Below the pieces are notes generated by a model. That model saw only the letters and a list, made by a program, of their open reading frames with translations, ran no database searches and was not told the origin of the DNA. This document shows positions 12,884-22,943 of a DNA stretch of 45,160 bases, one piece after another. The number at the start of each line of letters is the position of its first letter. The stretch's first letter is position 1. The position numbers and the translations under genes were made by a program. The stretch lies in NCBI GenBank assembly GCA_013115125.1, contig JABANN010000266.1:1-45160 (forward strand). Direction: 5' to 3'. The stretch is from Perkinsus olseni. Lineage: Eukaryota.

Positions 12884-15580
12884 CTATGAAAATATGAAAT
12901 GGCTGATGAGCGGCGGACCTACAAGACTGCAGACCATCCCGGCCAGCATGACCGCCATACACGACTTCAACCACACCCCACGCCCGAGGGCCTTCTTGGC
13001 TCGAGGAGTGAACGCCTCATGAGTAGCCAAGACTGCCATGCCGTATAGTGAGGCGAAGGACATTGGGCCTAGGTCGTGGAAGCATAGAAGGCTGAGAGGG
13101 GTATCATCACTTTGGAGACCATAGACGAGGCTGGACCCCAGCATGTAGCCGAGGACAGCCGCCATGCCCGCCTGGCCCTGCATCTCGCGACAGAACAGGT
13201 TGCCCAGGACGGAGCCTATCAGGTAGAGCCAGACCGCTTGGATGCCCACCGCTGGGAAGAGGCTCGGGAGGGCTATTGTGCTGAGTACCCATTCTTGCAG
13301 TGACGGGAATGACAGCGAAGCAGGGAGGCCACTGCGGCGGGACATGGAGGTGAGGGCCACTATGATGACGTAGTCATCCACTGGCCACTCCCCGTACAGC
13401 GTTCTAGGGATCTTGAACCATGCCCCGAGTACACCTAGCCAGAGGCCTTGTCCAGAGCACCACCCCAGTGATAAGAGACCACAGGTAAGGACAGAGGCCT
13501 GCGCTGCCAACCTTGAAGGCAGCATCTCCACAGAAGGGACGGTGACGGACATCAGGGCGAGGACCGCGGACCACTTGATGAGAGAGGCTACACGAGAGGC
13601 CAGCTGGTCCAGGGCTGGGTAGGCCCTCCAGGACTCAGCAACCTCAGTGTTGCGCATTTCGATGTAGGAAGCCAGGTGGTCTACAGGGACAGCCGCGGCC
13701 GACCCGACAGCGTCAATGACGGTCCGACAGGGCGGTGGAGGGACCCTCACCGCCAGGGCCTCACACCCCTCCTCGGTAGAGCGCTTCCAGGCGAACGCAT
13801 CAGCACCATAGGTAGGGGCCTGGGCCGGGCGCGAGCCGCGGGTCGACCAACGCAGCCACTGAGCATGCGCCCACACACCCGGTCTGAGTAGACGTAGGAG
13901 GTCTTGCACACCCGCGATGAGATCAGCGAGGCGAAGGGCCGCGTAGTCCGAGTAGTTCGTAAGAGGGGTGAGGGCCTCCCTAGGGGGCAAGCGACAGCGC
14001 TGGGGCTGATGCAGCAGAGCCCAACTCAGAAGATCTAGGGAGCACCTAACCCTGTCAGGCAGCGGATATGATGCTGCGAGATATCGAGGGCCCATGTAGA
14101 CCCTACCATCCTCGATACCTCTGGCGAGCCTTTCTACCAAGACTGTGTACTTGCTGGGCTCCCTTTCCTTCCATTGTTGGCATCTGAGGGGACCGGTGGT
14201 GTCAGCAAAGGCCACAGCCAGTCTCGAGAGCGGCACCCAAGGGTCTCTCTCGAAGCGGTGAGAGAAGGGGGTCGCCCCAGGGTCCAGCTGAAGCGGTGAG
14301 GACTGGAAGGCGGGCCAGGGGGTGTCCATCGCCGAAGACACGATCATAGCGGCCACCTCCTGGGCCATCGAGCTCACATCATCGTTGTTCATGTTGAGCA
14401 TCTCCGGGCCTTCCACCAGCAGCACCCTGGCCGCAGTAGCCGCACGCGCCACCGCCAGCCCCGGACACTCACCAGCGACGGCGACCGCGCGCCCCGAAAT
14501 ATGCTTGTCGCCGAGGAGATCTCTCAAGGCATTAATGTCCCGTACAAAGACGACCTGTGCCATGATGTAGAGCTTCTCGAAGGGCCCAAGCCACCTTGCG
14601 GAAGGCCAGGCGTCCTTGGGGAAGCGATCAATAAGCTTGCGGTCTATCAGTTTCCTCCTGTACCTCTCCTTAACCCTAGGGTCAGCTTCCACCAACTGAT
14701 GGTACTTGAGGCGAACCAGCAAGGCTTGCAGATGGGCCAGCTTAGCCCCTCCAGCGAGTACTGGCATCATCGCCCTGCACAGCGTGGCTTGGGACCGAGC
14801 CATAGCAAGCAATGCCAGAGGGATGCTGTTGGTCGGTCTGACCATGATGGGGTACTCTACATCAACCTTAGGACGAACAAGACTGAGCCAGTGGGCATCA
14901 TGGACCACCGAGGGAGCGATAGACAGGACATAGACCGGGTCCTTGAGGACCTCCCTCACCGCATCAACGACCTCCACCGCCTCCACCGGGCTCATCGACC
15001 AGCACTGCCAGAAATCACACAGCTCGCTCTCGTCGATAGTATCATAATCATGACCATGCGGCGCGACGAACCTTTCCTTCTCCACTGGCTTCGCCTTGAA
15101 CATCCCCTTCACGTCCTCCCGCATCGGCCCGAAGAGTTCGATCTCCCACAAGTTCCAGTCCACCGGAGCTCCCTCGGGTGGCGGGCTCGGGTCCATAAAG
15201 AAGCCTTCCATATCGAAGTCAGCGAACTTCATAACATAGCCATCACTCTCCTCACCATCCGCGAACATACGCCCCATGTCGAAATCCGCCGGGTCAAGCC
15301 GCCACGTGCGGCCCCCTTTGGTCGAGTCCTCGGCAGCCCTCATCCGGCTGTAGACCCTCTTGCCAATCTCCTTCCTCAACGCCTCAACAGCCATCTCGTG
15401 AGTGAACTCCAACCCCCAGAAAGGGTCGCTGGAGTCCAGTCGCCCTCTGAAGCCGGGTGTGAGGTCCCCTACGGTACTCGGAGTCCCAGCGCCGCTCAGG
15501 ATAGAATCAGCGCGTTGGACCTTTTTCACTTCTTCTACGAAGGCCGACCCTTCGTGCTTAGACGTTTTAATAGTCGCCAT
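12884..15580 (-). CDS. Hypothetical 898-aa intronless protein with C-terminal multi-pass membrane region
   Basis: Uninterrupted ATG-initiated ORF with GC-rich third codon positions and several hydrophobic helices in the last ~230 aa. Family not recognised. Confidence 0.75.
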   Translation of the reverse strand: MATIKTSKHEGSAFVEEVKKVQRADSILSGAGTPSTVGDLTPGFRGRLDSSDPFWGLEFTHEMAVEALRKEIGKRVYSRMRAAEDSTKGGRTWRLDPADFDMGRMFADGEESDGYVMKFADFDMEGFFMDPSPPPEGAPVDWNLWEIELFGPMREDVKGMFKAKPVEKERFVAPHGHDYDTIDESELCDFWQCWSMSPVEAVEVVDAVREVLKDPVYVLSIAPSVVHDAHWLSLVRPKVDVEYPIMVRPTNSIPLALLAMARSQATLCRAMMPVLAGGAKLAHLQALLVRLKYHQLVEADPRVKERYRRKLIDRKLIDRFPKDAWPSARWLGPFEKLYIMAQVVFVRDINALRDLLGDKHISGRAVAVAGECPGLAVARAATAARVLLVEGPEMLNMNNDDVSSMAQEVAAMIVSSAMDTPWPAFQSSPLQLDPGATPFSHRFERDPWVPLSRLAVAFADTTGPLRCQQWKEREPSKYTVLVERLARGIEDGRVYMGPRYLAASYPLPDRVRCSLDLLSWALLHQPQRCRLPPREALTPLTNYSDYAALRLADLIAGVQDLLRLLRPGVWAHAQWLRWSTRGSRPAQAPTYGADAFAWKRSTEEGCEALAVRVPPPPCRTVIDAVGSAAAVPVDHLASYIEMRNTEVAESWRAYPALDQLASRVASLIKWSAVLALMSVTVPSVEMLPSRLAAQASVLTCGLLSLGWCSGQGLWLGVLGAWFKIPRTLYGEWPVDDYVIIVALTSMSRRSGLPASLSFPSLQEWVLSTIALPSLFPAVGIQAVWLYLIGSVLGNLFCREMQGQAGMAAVLGYMLGSSLVYGLQSDDTPLSLLCFHDLGPMSFASLYGMAVLATHEAFTPRAKKALGRGVWLKSCMAVMLAGMVCSLVGPPLISHFIFS

Positions 15581-15726
15581 TCATACGAGGGAATGATATC
15601 ACATAACCCTGAGACGAGCAATTTCGCGACTGCCTAGCTTCAACCAAAGATTCCTTTCACCTTGGAAGCAGAGGACACGTTGGTAACCAGAGGAAGTAAC
15701 AATACTGACAGTGTTCGGAAGGAAAG

Positions 15727-18000
15727 TTAATACGGCGAAGACGCTGCGGCACCACGAGGACTCCTTCTTGCAATGGGCCTGGTCTGCAAAGAGATATGAG
15801 TTGGGCAAGAGATGGTATGACAACAGGGTAGTACATCTTTCAACTCGTTGGACTCTTCAGCATGTGGCCCCCATCGGACAACTGCGCCGTCCTCACCTCC
15901 AGTAAAGACCGATCCACGCGTGGTATCCTGAGGTAGAAGCTTGCTCATCACAGAATAGCCTGAATATCTCCGCCTACCAGCACTGCAGATCTGACAACCC
16001 CTTCATGACCCTCATCCCCCAGCCCGGTGTGGAATACCCCATGAGTTGCCAAAGTTGCGGTATCAAGCAGTTCGCAGCACACTACGTTACCATTAGTCGA
16101 ACCACCAACAACGTATCTACACCCTAATCAATACCACTCCTCCCCCAACTCTTCAGACCCTCACAGTCGGTTATTCGCAGCATCGTACTGGACATCTATT
16201 ATATACCCAAGCTGCACGTCCTCTTCCGTAGACCCAACAGCCCGCAGCAGTGGATGCTCCCGAATCCCGCTGGTCTCAAGGCACCTGCCGTCCAACTATC
16301 ACCCGCAGTATCGAGAAGAAGGCGTTGACCCCGGCCGTTCATACGGTGGGATAATCATCAGAGCGAACCCTTCGCAGGTGCCAGAAGGAACTGCTGCCCC
16401 CTCAGAGAAGATACCCAGTTTTAGCGCCACCGCAAATCCATGATGCTGATAACAATCATTACCGTTGAGCCGTCCCGGCGTTCCACACTTGCAGCTTCTC
16501 AGTGCAGGTTGACGCGACCAGAAGGTCTCCTGCCGGGCCCGCCGCGCCCACAGACCGAACCTGAGGGCCCGCTAACCCCCCCTACACGCCACGAAATTCT
16601 ACCGAGTCCTCCGCGCTGATGGTGACCTTAGGGGCTTGGCCGTCGTCTTCATTGTCGAGATCGGTAACATCGAGTACGTTGATGAGGGTATCCTCTCCTG
16701 ACCACAGCCGTCAGAAGCAACGGGAATGGCAACTCGGACGTACCTCCAGTCATGCACAGATTCGTCCGAGTTGGATGGAACTTGACGCAGTTGACGATAT
16801 CCATGTGGGCGTCGGTGTAGGTAAAGTATGGCCCCTTCTTGCCAGAGTTGATGTCGTACAACAGCACCTCCGACTCCACACCAACCTGATGACAAGTCTG
16901 ACGGAGGGCCGACGAAGGTTCCAAGGCGGCCATTCTCCCCATCGAACGCTCCAGTCGAGATACCCGAAATCCCCTCACATTTTATAGTTCAACCCTTGGC
17001 AATGTTGGGATGCCAAGAAGACGAGACAGTCCACGAAGGAGTCCAATAATATACTGTTCGAACAGCTGTAATCATTAACAACAGCAGGGTCGTCACTGAT
17101 CTTGAATGCATCCCCTCTCCTCAGAGAACGATTAGCCCCCAGCGTCTCCAAGAGGAGAGCTAACTCAATGTCCAACGACACTGAGCCTACGAGCCAATGG
17201 AGACGTGTAGCTGATTGAGGTGGATGCTTTTGATAATACAGATAGCTGCCTTGGAACCCTCTACGATAGCGTAGTGGACGGTCATACACTACGAAAGGAT
17301 CTTTACCGAAAGGTCATTATAATATGTTATGAAAGTTGTCTTATGTATCCAGATCATATAAACCTATTACTAACATTGAGAACGAGCTGATATCATGCTG
17401 TTAGTTTTGTTCACATTCTATAAAAGAGCATCTAGGTCACTGGGACTACTCCTCATCAATTCACGTGAGAATGTGAAGTAAACTGCGGCACCTCCCCCGC
17501 CCCGTTACAGCGAGGGTGTTATCAGCATTGACGCTGGCGCCGAAGATCTGAGCATCCTTCTTGTTGTTGCTGGCTGTTATAGTCACTACTGGCTGCCCTC
17601 CTGATGATCGGAGATCCCATAACTTGGCGGTGCCGTCTCGAGAACAGGATACTCTGAAGGAATCTTAGCTTCAAGCTGGGTAGATACAGAATAACCTACA
17701 GCCCCTGTCCTTGAGAGCCTGGAATGACCTGGAGGTCTGTGATGGGCTGGTCATGGCAGGCGGGAAGGAGGGATATCTTAAAACATACCATGGACCATTG
17801 AAAACGACGACCGACCTTACCTCCGCCAGAGTGGCCTCATCGAGCACCCGAATGACGCTGTTAATCCTCGCCCCCACCCTCTGTTGCGATGCTACAGCGA
17901 TCGATGATGGCAGAAGGCAAATTCGGAATACGTACCTAGTGGTGACAGTAGTGGTGACACGCCCCATCCCAACCGTACTACCCTCCCTTCTTGTCCGCAT
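15727..18000 (-). CDS. WD40-repeat protein, WDR89-like; multi-exon
   Basis: Exons encode SCSRDGTAKLWDLR, VLLYDI...AHMDIVNCVKFHPTRTNLCMTG|GEDTLINVLD, HEGVVRS and VFTGGEDGAVVRW, ending ..SSPY*. This motif series resembles WDR89. Confidence 0.75.
16914..17261. mobile_element. Candidate MITE-like element within a 623-nt intron (16886-17508) of the WD40 gene
   Basis: Imperfect 20-bp inverted repeats GAAGGTTCCAAGGCGGCCAT (16914-16933) and ATAGCTGCCTTGGAACCCTC (17242-17261), 17/20 match, around a non-coding interior. No clear TSD. Confidence 0.4.
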
Positions 18001-18459
18001 GCCGTGACAACGGTAGGAATTGGACGGGCTGACCGGCCGCCATTCTAGTGGATGATAAAACTGATAAATGGATACGATGACGAATTTCCTCTTTTTCCAT
18101 CAGTTGTCGTCACTCCGTTCATCCGGCGTCACCTCCCTTGTCGATAAGCGCTAGTTTTGAGAGCACCAAAACAGCAATAAGTTTCGGATGTTATGGTATG
18201 GCATGAGAACTGCATGTCTCTGCGTGGAAATCGAGGAAGCGCGAAAAACAGTTCCAGCGCATATTGGCACGCACGAGGATGGCAAGGAGGATTGGGCATT
18301 GAGGAACCGTAAGGTAGGAAGATTTCAAGTTGACCACCTCACCCTGGCCGTTTGATAGTCCCTTCGGCTGGGTATCCAAAGTCGAAGCTGGCACTTCGCA
18401 GATACACCCGATAAGACCTCAATTCAGTTGATTTGTCCTGTCCGTTTAGTAAGGTCGCA

Positions 18460-20848
18460 ATGGACTCAACCTCTTTTTCCACAGCCGAGGACTTTCGAAA
18501 GGACGGCAACGCTAAACTGAAGGTACGTCGGTGGTGGGCGGGGACTCGGGGCCGCCACGATTGGTGATGGATCAGGCGAAGGACGTGAAGGGAGCCATCG
18601 AGAGCTATACTAAAGCTATCCACATGAAGCCTGAAGATCATCTTGCATGGTAGGGAGTATCTTTTGGCTTCGTGGCGAGCATGCTTGTGGCAGGTCAAAT
18701 AGATCCGCAGCGTTCTCGGTGGATGGGTCTTATGATAAGGCACTTGCAGATGGCTTGAAGTGCGTTGAGTTGGCCCCGTTGTGGAGCAAGGGCCACCATC
18801 GTGTTGGGTCGGCACTGCAGGCTATGGGCAGGTAGTAGCTGTCCGTAGTAGTAGTAGAAGTAGGAGGGGCCTCTCGAGTAGGTATCAGGAAGCCATTGAC
18901 CATTTGAACAAGGCCATAGCGACCTGTACAGAGGTAGTGGTATTGGAAAGTTAGTTTTGTTGAGAAAGTTTTGGTATTAGGGAGATATATCGAATTTGAA
19001 GGCGTTGCGTGATGCTTGCAATACACTAGCGATTGAAAAGAAGCTTCTTGGTTCGTGGAAGGGTACTGTAACTGAGCAGCTCGGTGGATACTCTCAAGTA
19101 GGATGGCACTCAACTTGACCTATTTTGTATCTTGCATGCATCAACCTTATAGGTCATGCAGTTTGAAGAGGGACATAAGATGCACGTGATGGTAATGGGG
19201 CAGTCTCAAGAGGCCAGCTACATGGTGGATGGTGCGAAGGACCCCATTCTCCTCAACATTCACCTCGCCATTGATGGCAACCAAGGCCCTAATGTCCCGT
19301 AATAATCATGGGGGCTCCACCGGGGAACAGTGGATGACGGCGTAGCGGGGGGTCGTAGAGACTGCGGTTCTCACGGTAGCAGACAATATCAGGATAGGAT
19401 AGAGTTACGGTCATGGTAGGCCCTAGTGGGGCCGCCCTACCCGGTAGGGCGGTATTATTGTACGTTCTCCACAGAATTTATTAGATGTGCGGAATATTGT
19501 CGGCTGTTGCTATCGCATCGCCAATCGACCTATCTGTAGGTACATTATTCGCTTCACTGATGACAGTACTTTAGAGATGTGTTGTCCTTATTTAACTCCT
19601 GAGATTCCTACCAAGTTTGAAGGGCCGGGCCTGGTGGCCATGAAGAAGGTACGCCCCTGCTCTTGGATGCTTCGACTTCCCACCGACCCTTCAGCTCCCC
19701 GACGGCGAAAAGGTTGATGTCGATGAGAACAAGTGGATCGACTCCCCGGAGTTGGAGGAAATCAAGAAGCTTGATGAGCGGACCAAGGTGATGGAAAGAA
19801 ATAGTTTTGCTGTTCTCAACTGTGATGAGAAGGTCCTCCGATACATGAGAGAGTTCAGCGACGTTCTCATCAAGGCCAAGGATCAGACAGATGATGGTGA
19901 TGATGATGTAGACGAGGGAGGGCCCGGCGACGGCGGTGTGTGATGGTGTTGTTTGGCGTAGTTGCCGCCTAGCACGGGTACGACTGAGGAGGAGATCAGA
20001 GCCAACAAGCAGGTGCTGAAGATGATGTCTGTGAATGTGAAGGTGGGTAGAGGTCGACTTGCCTGAGTAATCAATTCAACTTCAGATCAACGCAGTAGAG
20101 GCCCGCTACGGCAGTCCGGTGGCCCAGGCGGCTTTCCTGTTGGTAGCGCAGTGCCAGACTCCGAAGGTGAGGCCAAGGGGGGGCCATTGTTGGTGGTTGA
20201 GGGATGTGATCAGGACCAAGAGTTGGAGAAGGCTTCGGATGAGTTGCGTGGTCTGATGCTTGAGATTGGCCTGATTGATGAAGCCAGTCTGGAGGAGACT
20301 AGGAAGAAGTTTAAGGAAGCGAACAAAGTAGGGAGGGGAGGGGGGATGGTGGTTTTGATGGCCCCTGTCAGTTTATGCAGGAGCAGACGACAGCGGCATC
20401 GACCGGCATGCAGGCGCCTTCGGATGGCCGGACGGAGGCGACCAGGGCGAGGCTGCAGAAGAAGCTCGAGACTCGGCAAGCTGAGAAGGCAGCTGCCGCT
20501 GAGAGTGCGGAGAACAGTCCTGCTGCTACTGGTAGTTGGGGGAGGGAGGGTGGCGGTGAGAGTCTGTGTGGTGTAGGCAAGAAGGCGGGTAAGAGGAAGA
20601 ATAGTAGGAAATCTGATACGAGTAGCGAAAGGAGTGGTAAGGAGGAGGAGAAGGCTAGCGAATGTCCACCAGAAGAGGAGGTGCGTGGAGGAAACTCAAG
20701 TGAGGACGAGAAAGCAAGATTGAATGAAGAATCCGGCGTTGAGGAGTCGATCAACTACGACAAACTTTTAACTGTCGGTCTGGCCGTCACCGCGGCCGCT
20801 GTTGGAGGCATCTTCCTCTACCGCAAATACTTCAATAAGAAGGATTGA
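18460..20848 (+). CDS. TPR (STI1/SGT-type clamp) protein with central beta-barrel-like domain and C-terminal tail anchor; multi-exon
   Basis: MDSTSFSTAEDFRKDGNAKLK|AKDVKGAIESYTKAIHMKPEDHLAW|SNRSAAF...YDKALADGLKCVELAPLWSKGHHRVGSAL gives 3 TPRs. The last exon ends LLTVGLAVTAAAVGGIFLYRKYFNKKD* (single TM plus short basic tail). Confidence 0.8.
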
Positions 20849-21033
20849 TTTTCGGTTGCCGATTGGGTCCAAATCTTGCTCTCTTGCATTTTCCTAACGC
20901 TCGTCTCCTCACGTTCCTCTACCAACTGAAGATATGCTGTTCCTTGTCGTATACTTACAAAGACTTCACCAGCCAGTCCGGCGTCTTGACTTGATAAATT
21001 CGTGGCGCAGCGGTCAGGGTTGATCTTAAATGC

Positions 21034-22575
21034 ATGGGTGTCAATGGCCTCTGGGCTGCCCTCTCCAAAGGCCATCCGGGAGTCTTCACCCGCATCCCTC
21101 TGCCGCCCTATGCCGTCAGTAACATCACTCGCAGCACCCTGCTGGAGGGCCGCCAGCTCTATGTTGATGCTACTATGTTTTTGTACCGATTTACTTCGTC
21201 GTCGCATCGGCTGTCGATGAACCAAGTGATGGATCGGTTCAGTCGTCTCAGCTTCGCCCTCAAGCTGCTCTCCGGACGCCGCCCGATATTTGTCTTTGAC
21301 GCGAAGCCATCGAAGATAAAGCAACGCCATTGCCTCAATCAGCGATGGGCGCTTCGGACGGCATATGCCGCCGCGGCGCTGGCAAAGGTTGAGAAGGAGT
21401 ACAGCGACGAGGAGGAGGTCACTGCAGTGCCTCCGCCAAGGCTTGCCCCAGCTCATGCAGATCTGCGTCTGGGTGTGTGGTGGTCCTGCATGTGGCGGAA
21501 CTTCTTCGTCCGAGGTCTGTCTCTAGTGAGGGCCCCCGATGGTTGGGATGCCGAAGCGGTCTGTGCCAAACTGGCAGCAAGGTGTGATGGTGTCGTTGTG
21601 AGTGAGGACGGCGACGCCCTGGCCTTCGGGGCGCCTGCCATTCTCCGCAACGTCTGGCGGTATCGGGTAGTAGACGATGATGATCAGCCAGCGGCGGAGC
21701 TGGTCGACAGGGCGGCGGTGGAGGGAGCTCTGGGCGTGTCCCCTCGGGAGTTCGTAGAAGTCTGTGTCCTGGCTGGATGTGACTTTGCCTCTCACCTGCC
21801 GAACCTGGGCTTCACTGTGGCCTCGAGAGCTGTGAGGGAGCACGGCGGCATAGGGGAGTACCTGCGCCATCGTGAGCTCAACGATAGTGACTTTAAATTA
21901 ATAAAGTTGTTTGCTTTGGCGTTCGACTGGAAGGCGGCGGTCGAGTGCTTCGATCGAGAATTGAGCGAGGATGAGGTGAAGTCCCTGGTCAGGACGGACC
22001 ACGACCGCGCTATAGTGGCGACTTGTCTACTTTATGGCGCGAGAGATTCCTTACAGACGGGAATGGACCGAATTAGTTCAACATTGAACTTGTGCAAGGG
22101 CGCAATTTCGCGGCGCGTGACGAATGTTTTGGAGCCGACGTTGGACCCGGAGGCGTTCTTCGCGGATTGTCCTTGGCGGCAGCAGTTTGGTTACTTGACG
22201 TACTCTCACGTATGCCGGAAGAATGCCATCAAAAATGGTATTTTTGCGGCGCGTGACGGTCTCGGAATGAGACGATATGTTGGTGGGAAGGGGAGGGTGT
22301 TTGAGAGAGCACGAAGGAGGAGACCGGAAAATTTCATGCAGATCGAAAATTGGCGGATGACGAGGATCTTTGAGCCGAGCTTGAGCTTGGAAGATATGCC
22401 ATCTTTGGTGTTGTTATTGGGGCCGTGGCGGTACCGGATGGCCCATGTTGCACGGCAAGAAGTTCAGACCACTCAGGGTATCTTATCGACCGTGCAAGAT
22501 ACAAATGAGGTCAGGTTGAGCCTCGTAGTGCAAGAAGGGGCTACGGCTCCTGCAGAACAGAGATGTACTGACTAG
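21034..22575 (+). CDS. XPG/Rad2 (FEN1/GEN1/EXO1 family) structure-specific nuclease, intronless
   Basis: MGVNGLW start, LYVDAT, PIFVFD, DAEAVCAKL, VVSEDGDALAFGA and LAGCDF..LPNLG (H3TH) motifs. The C-terminal ~190 aa are unrecognised. Confidence 0.88.
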   Translation: MGVNGLWAALSKGHPGVFTRIPLPPYAVSNITRSTLLEGRQLYVDATMFLYRFTSSSHRLSMNQVMDRFSRLSFALKLLSGRRPIFVFDAKPSKIKQRHCLNQRWALRTAYAAAALAKVEKEYSDEEEVTAVPPPRLAPAHADLRLGVWWSCMWRNFFVRGLSLVRAPDGWDAEAVCAKLAARCDGVVVSEDGDALAFGAPAILRNVWRYRVVDDDDQPAAELVDRAAVEGALGVSPREFVEVCVLAGCDFASHLPNLGFTVASRAVREHGGIGEYLRHRELNDSDFKLIKLFALAFDWKAAVECFDRELSEDEVKSLVRTDHDRAIVATCLLYGARDSLQTGMDRISSTLNLCKGAISRRVTNVLEPTLDPEAFFADCPWRQQFGYLTYSHVCRKNAIKNGIFAARDGLGMRRYVGGKGRVFERARRRRPENFMQIENWRMTRIFEPSLSLEDMPSLVLLLGPWRYRMAHVARQEVQTTQGILSTVQDTNEVRLSLVVQEGATAPAEQRCTD

Positions 22576-22943
22576 CCTTGTTCATGGTGTGCCAAGCAAC
22601 AGGTAGGGTCCTGACACGTTACCTAGAGTAAGTTCATTTTCGTTCAGACGGTAAACACCGAGAGGCCCGCCGGTTCCCGAAGGCTGTTGTTGTCTAATTT
22701 AACATTGAGTTTCGTGACTACCACCTGACCAGTTGTCGTGTTGTCATATTCATTAATGTGGATGTACCGGGGCTGGGGATCGAACCTGGGACCTTCGGGG
22801 TACTATCTTGCCCCCACTGTTTTATCGCTGCTCGCTCTCCCGTGTGACCACATAAGACAGATTCATCGAATTCTGAGTGCCCTTGCGCCGTCCTCACAAA
22901 CCGCTTACAGTGGTTGTCCTCGTTTAAAATACCACCCCCCTAG

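Noticed and set aside
14501-15637. 378-aa plus-strand ORF
   Set aside because: Antisense shadow of the 898-aa ORF, with His/Leu/Arg-rich composition typical of a reverse frame.
22765-22830. tRNA gene on the minus strand (and the similar one at 31320-31360)
   Set aside because: Only a 3'-half-like segment with a mismatched T stem and no matching 5' acceptor strand.
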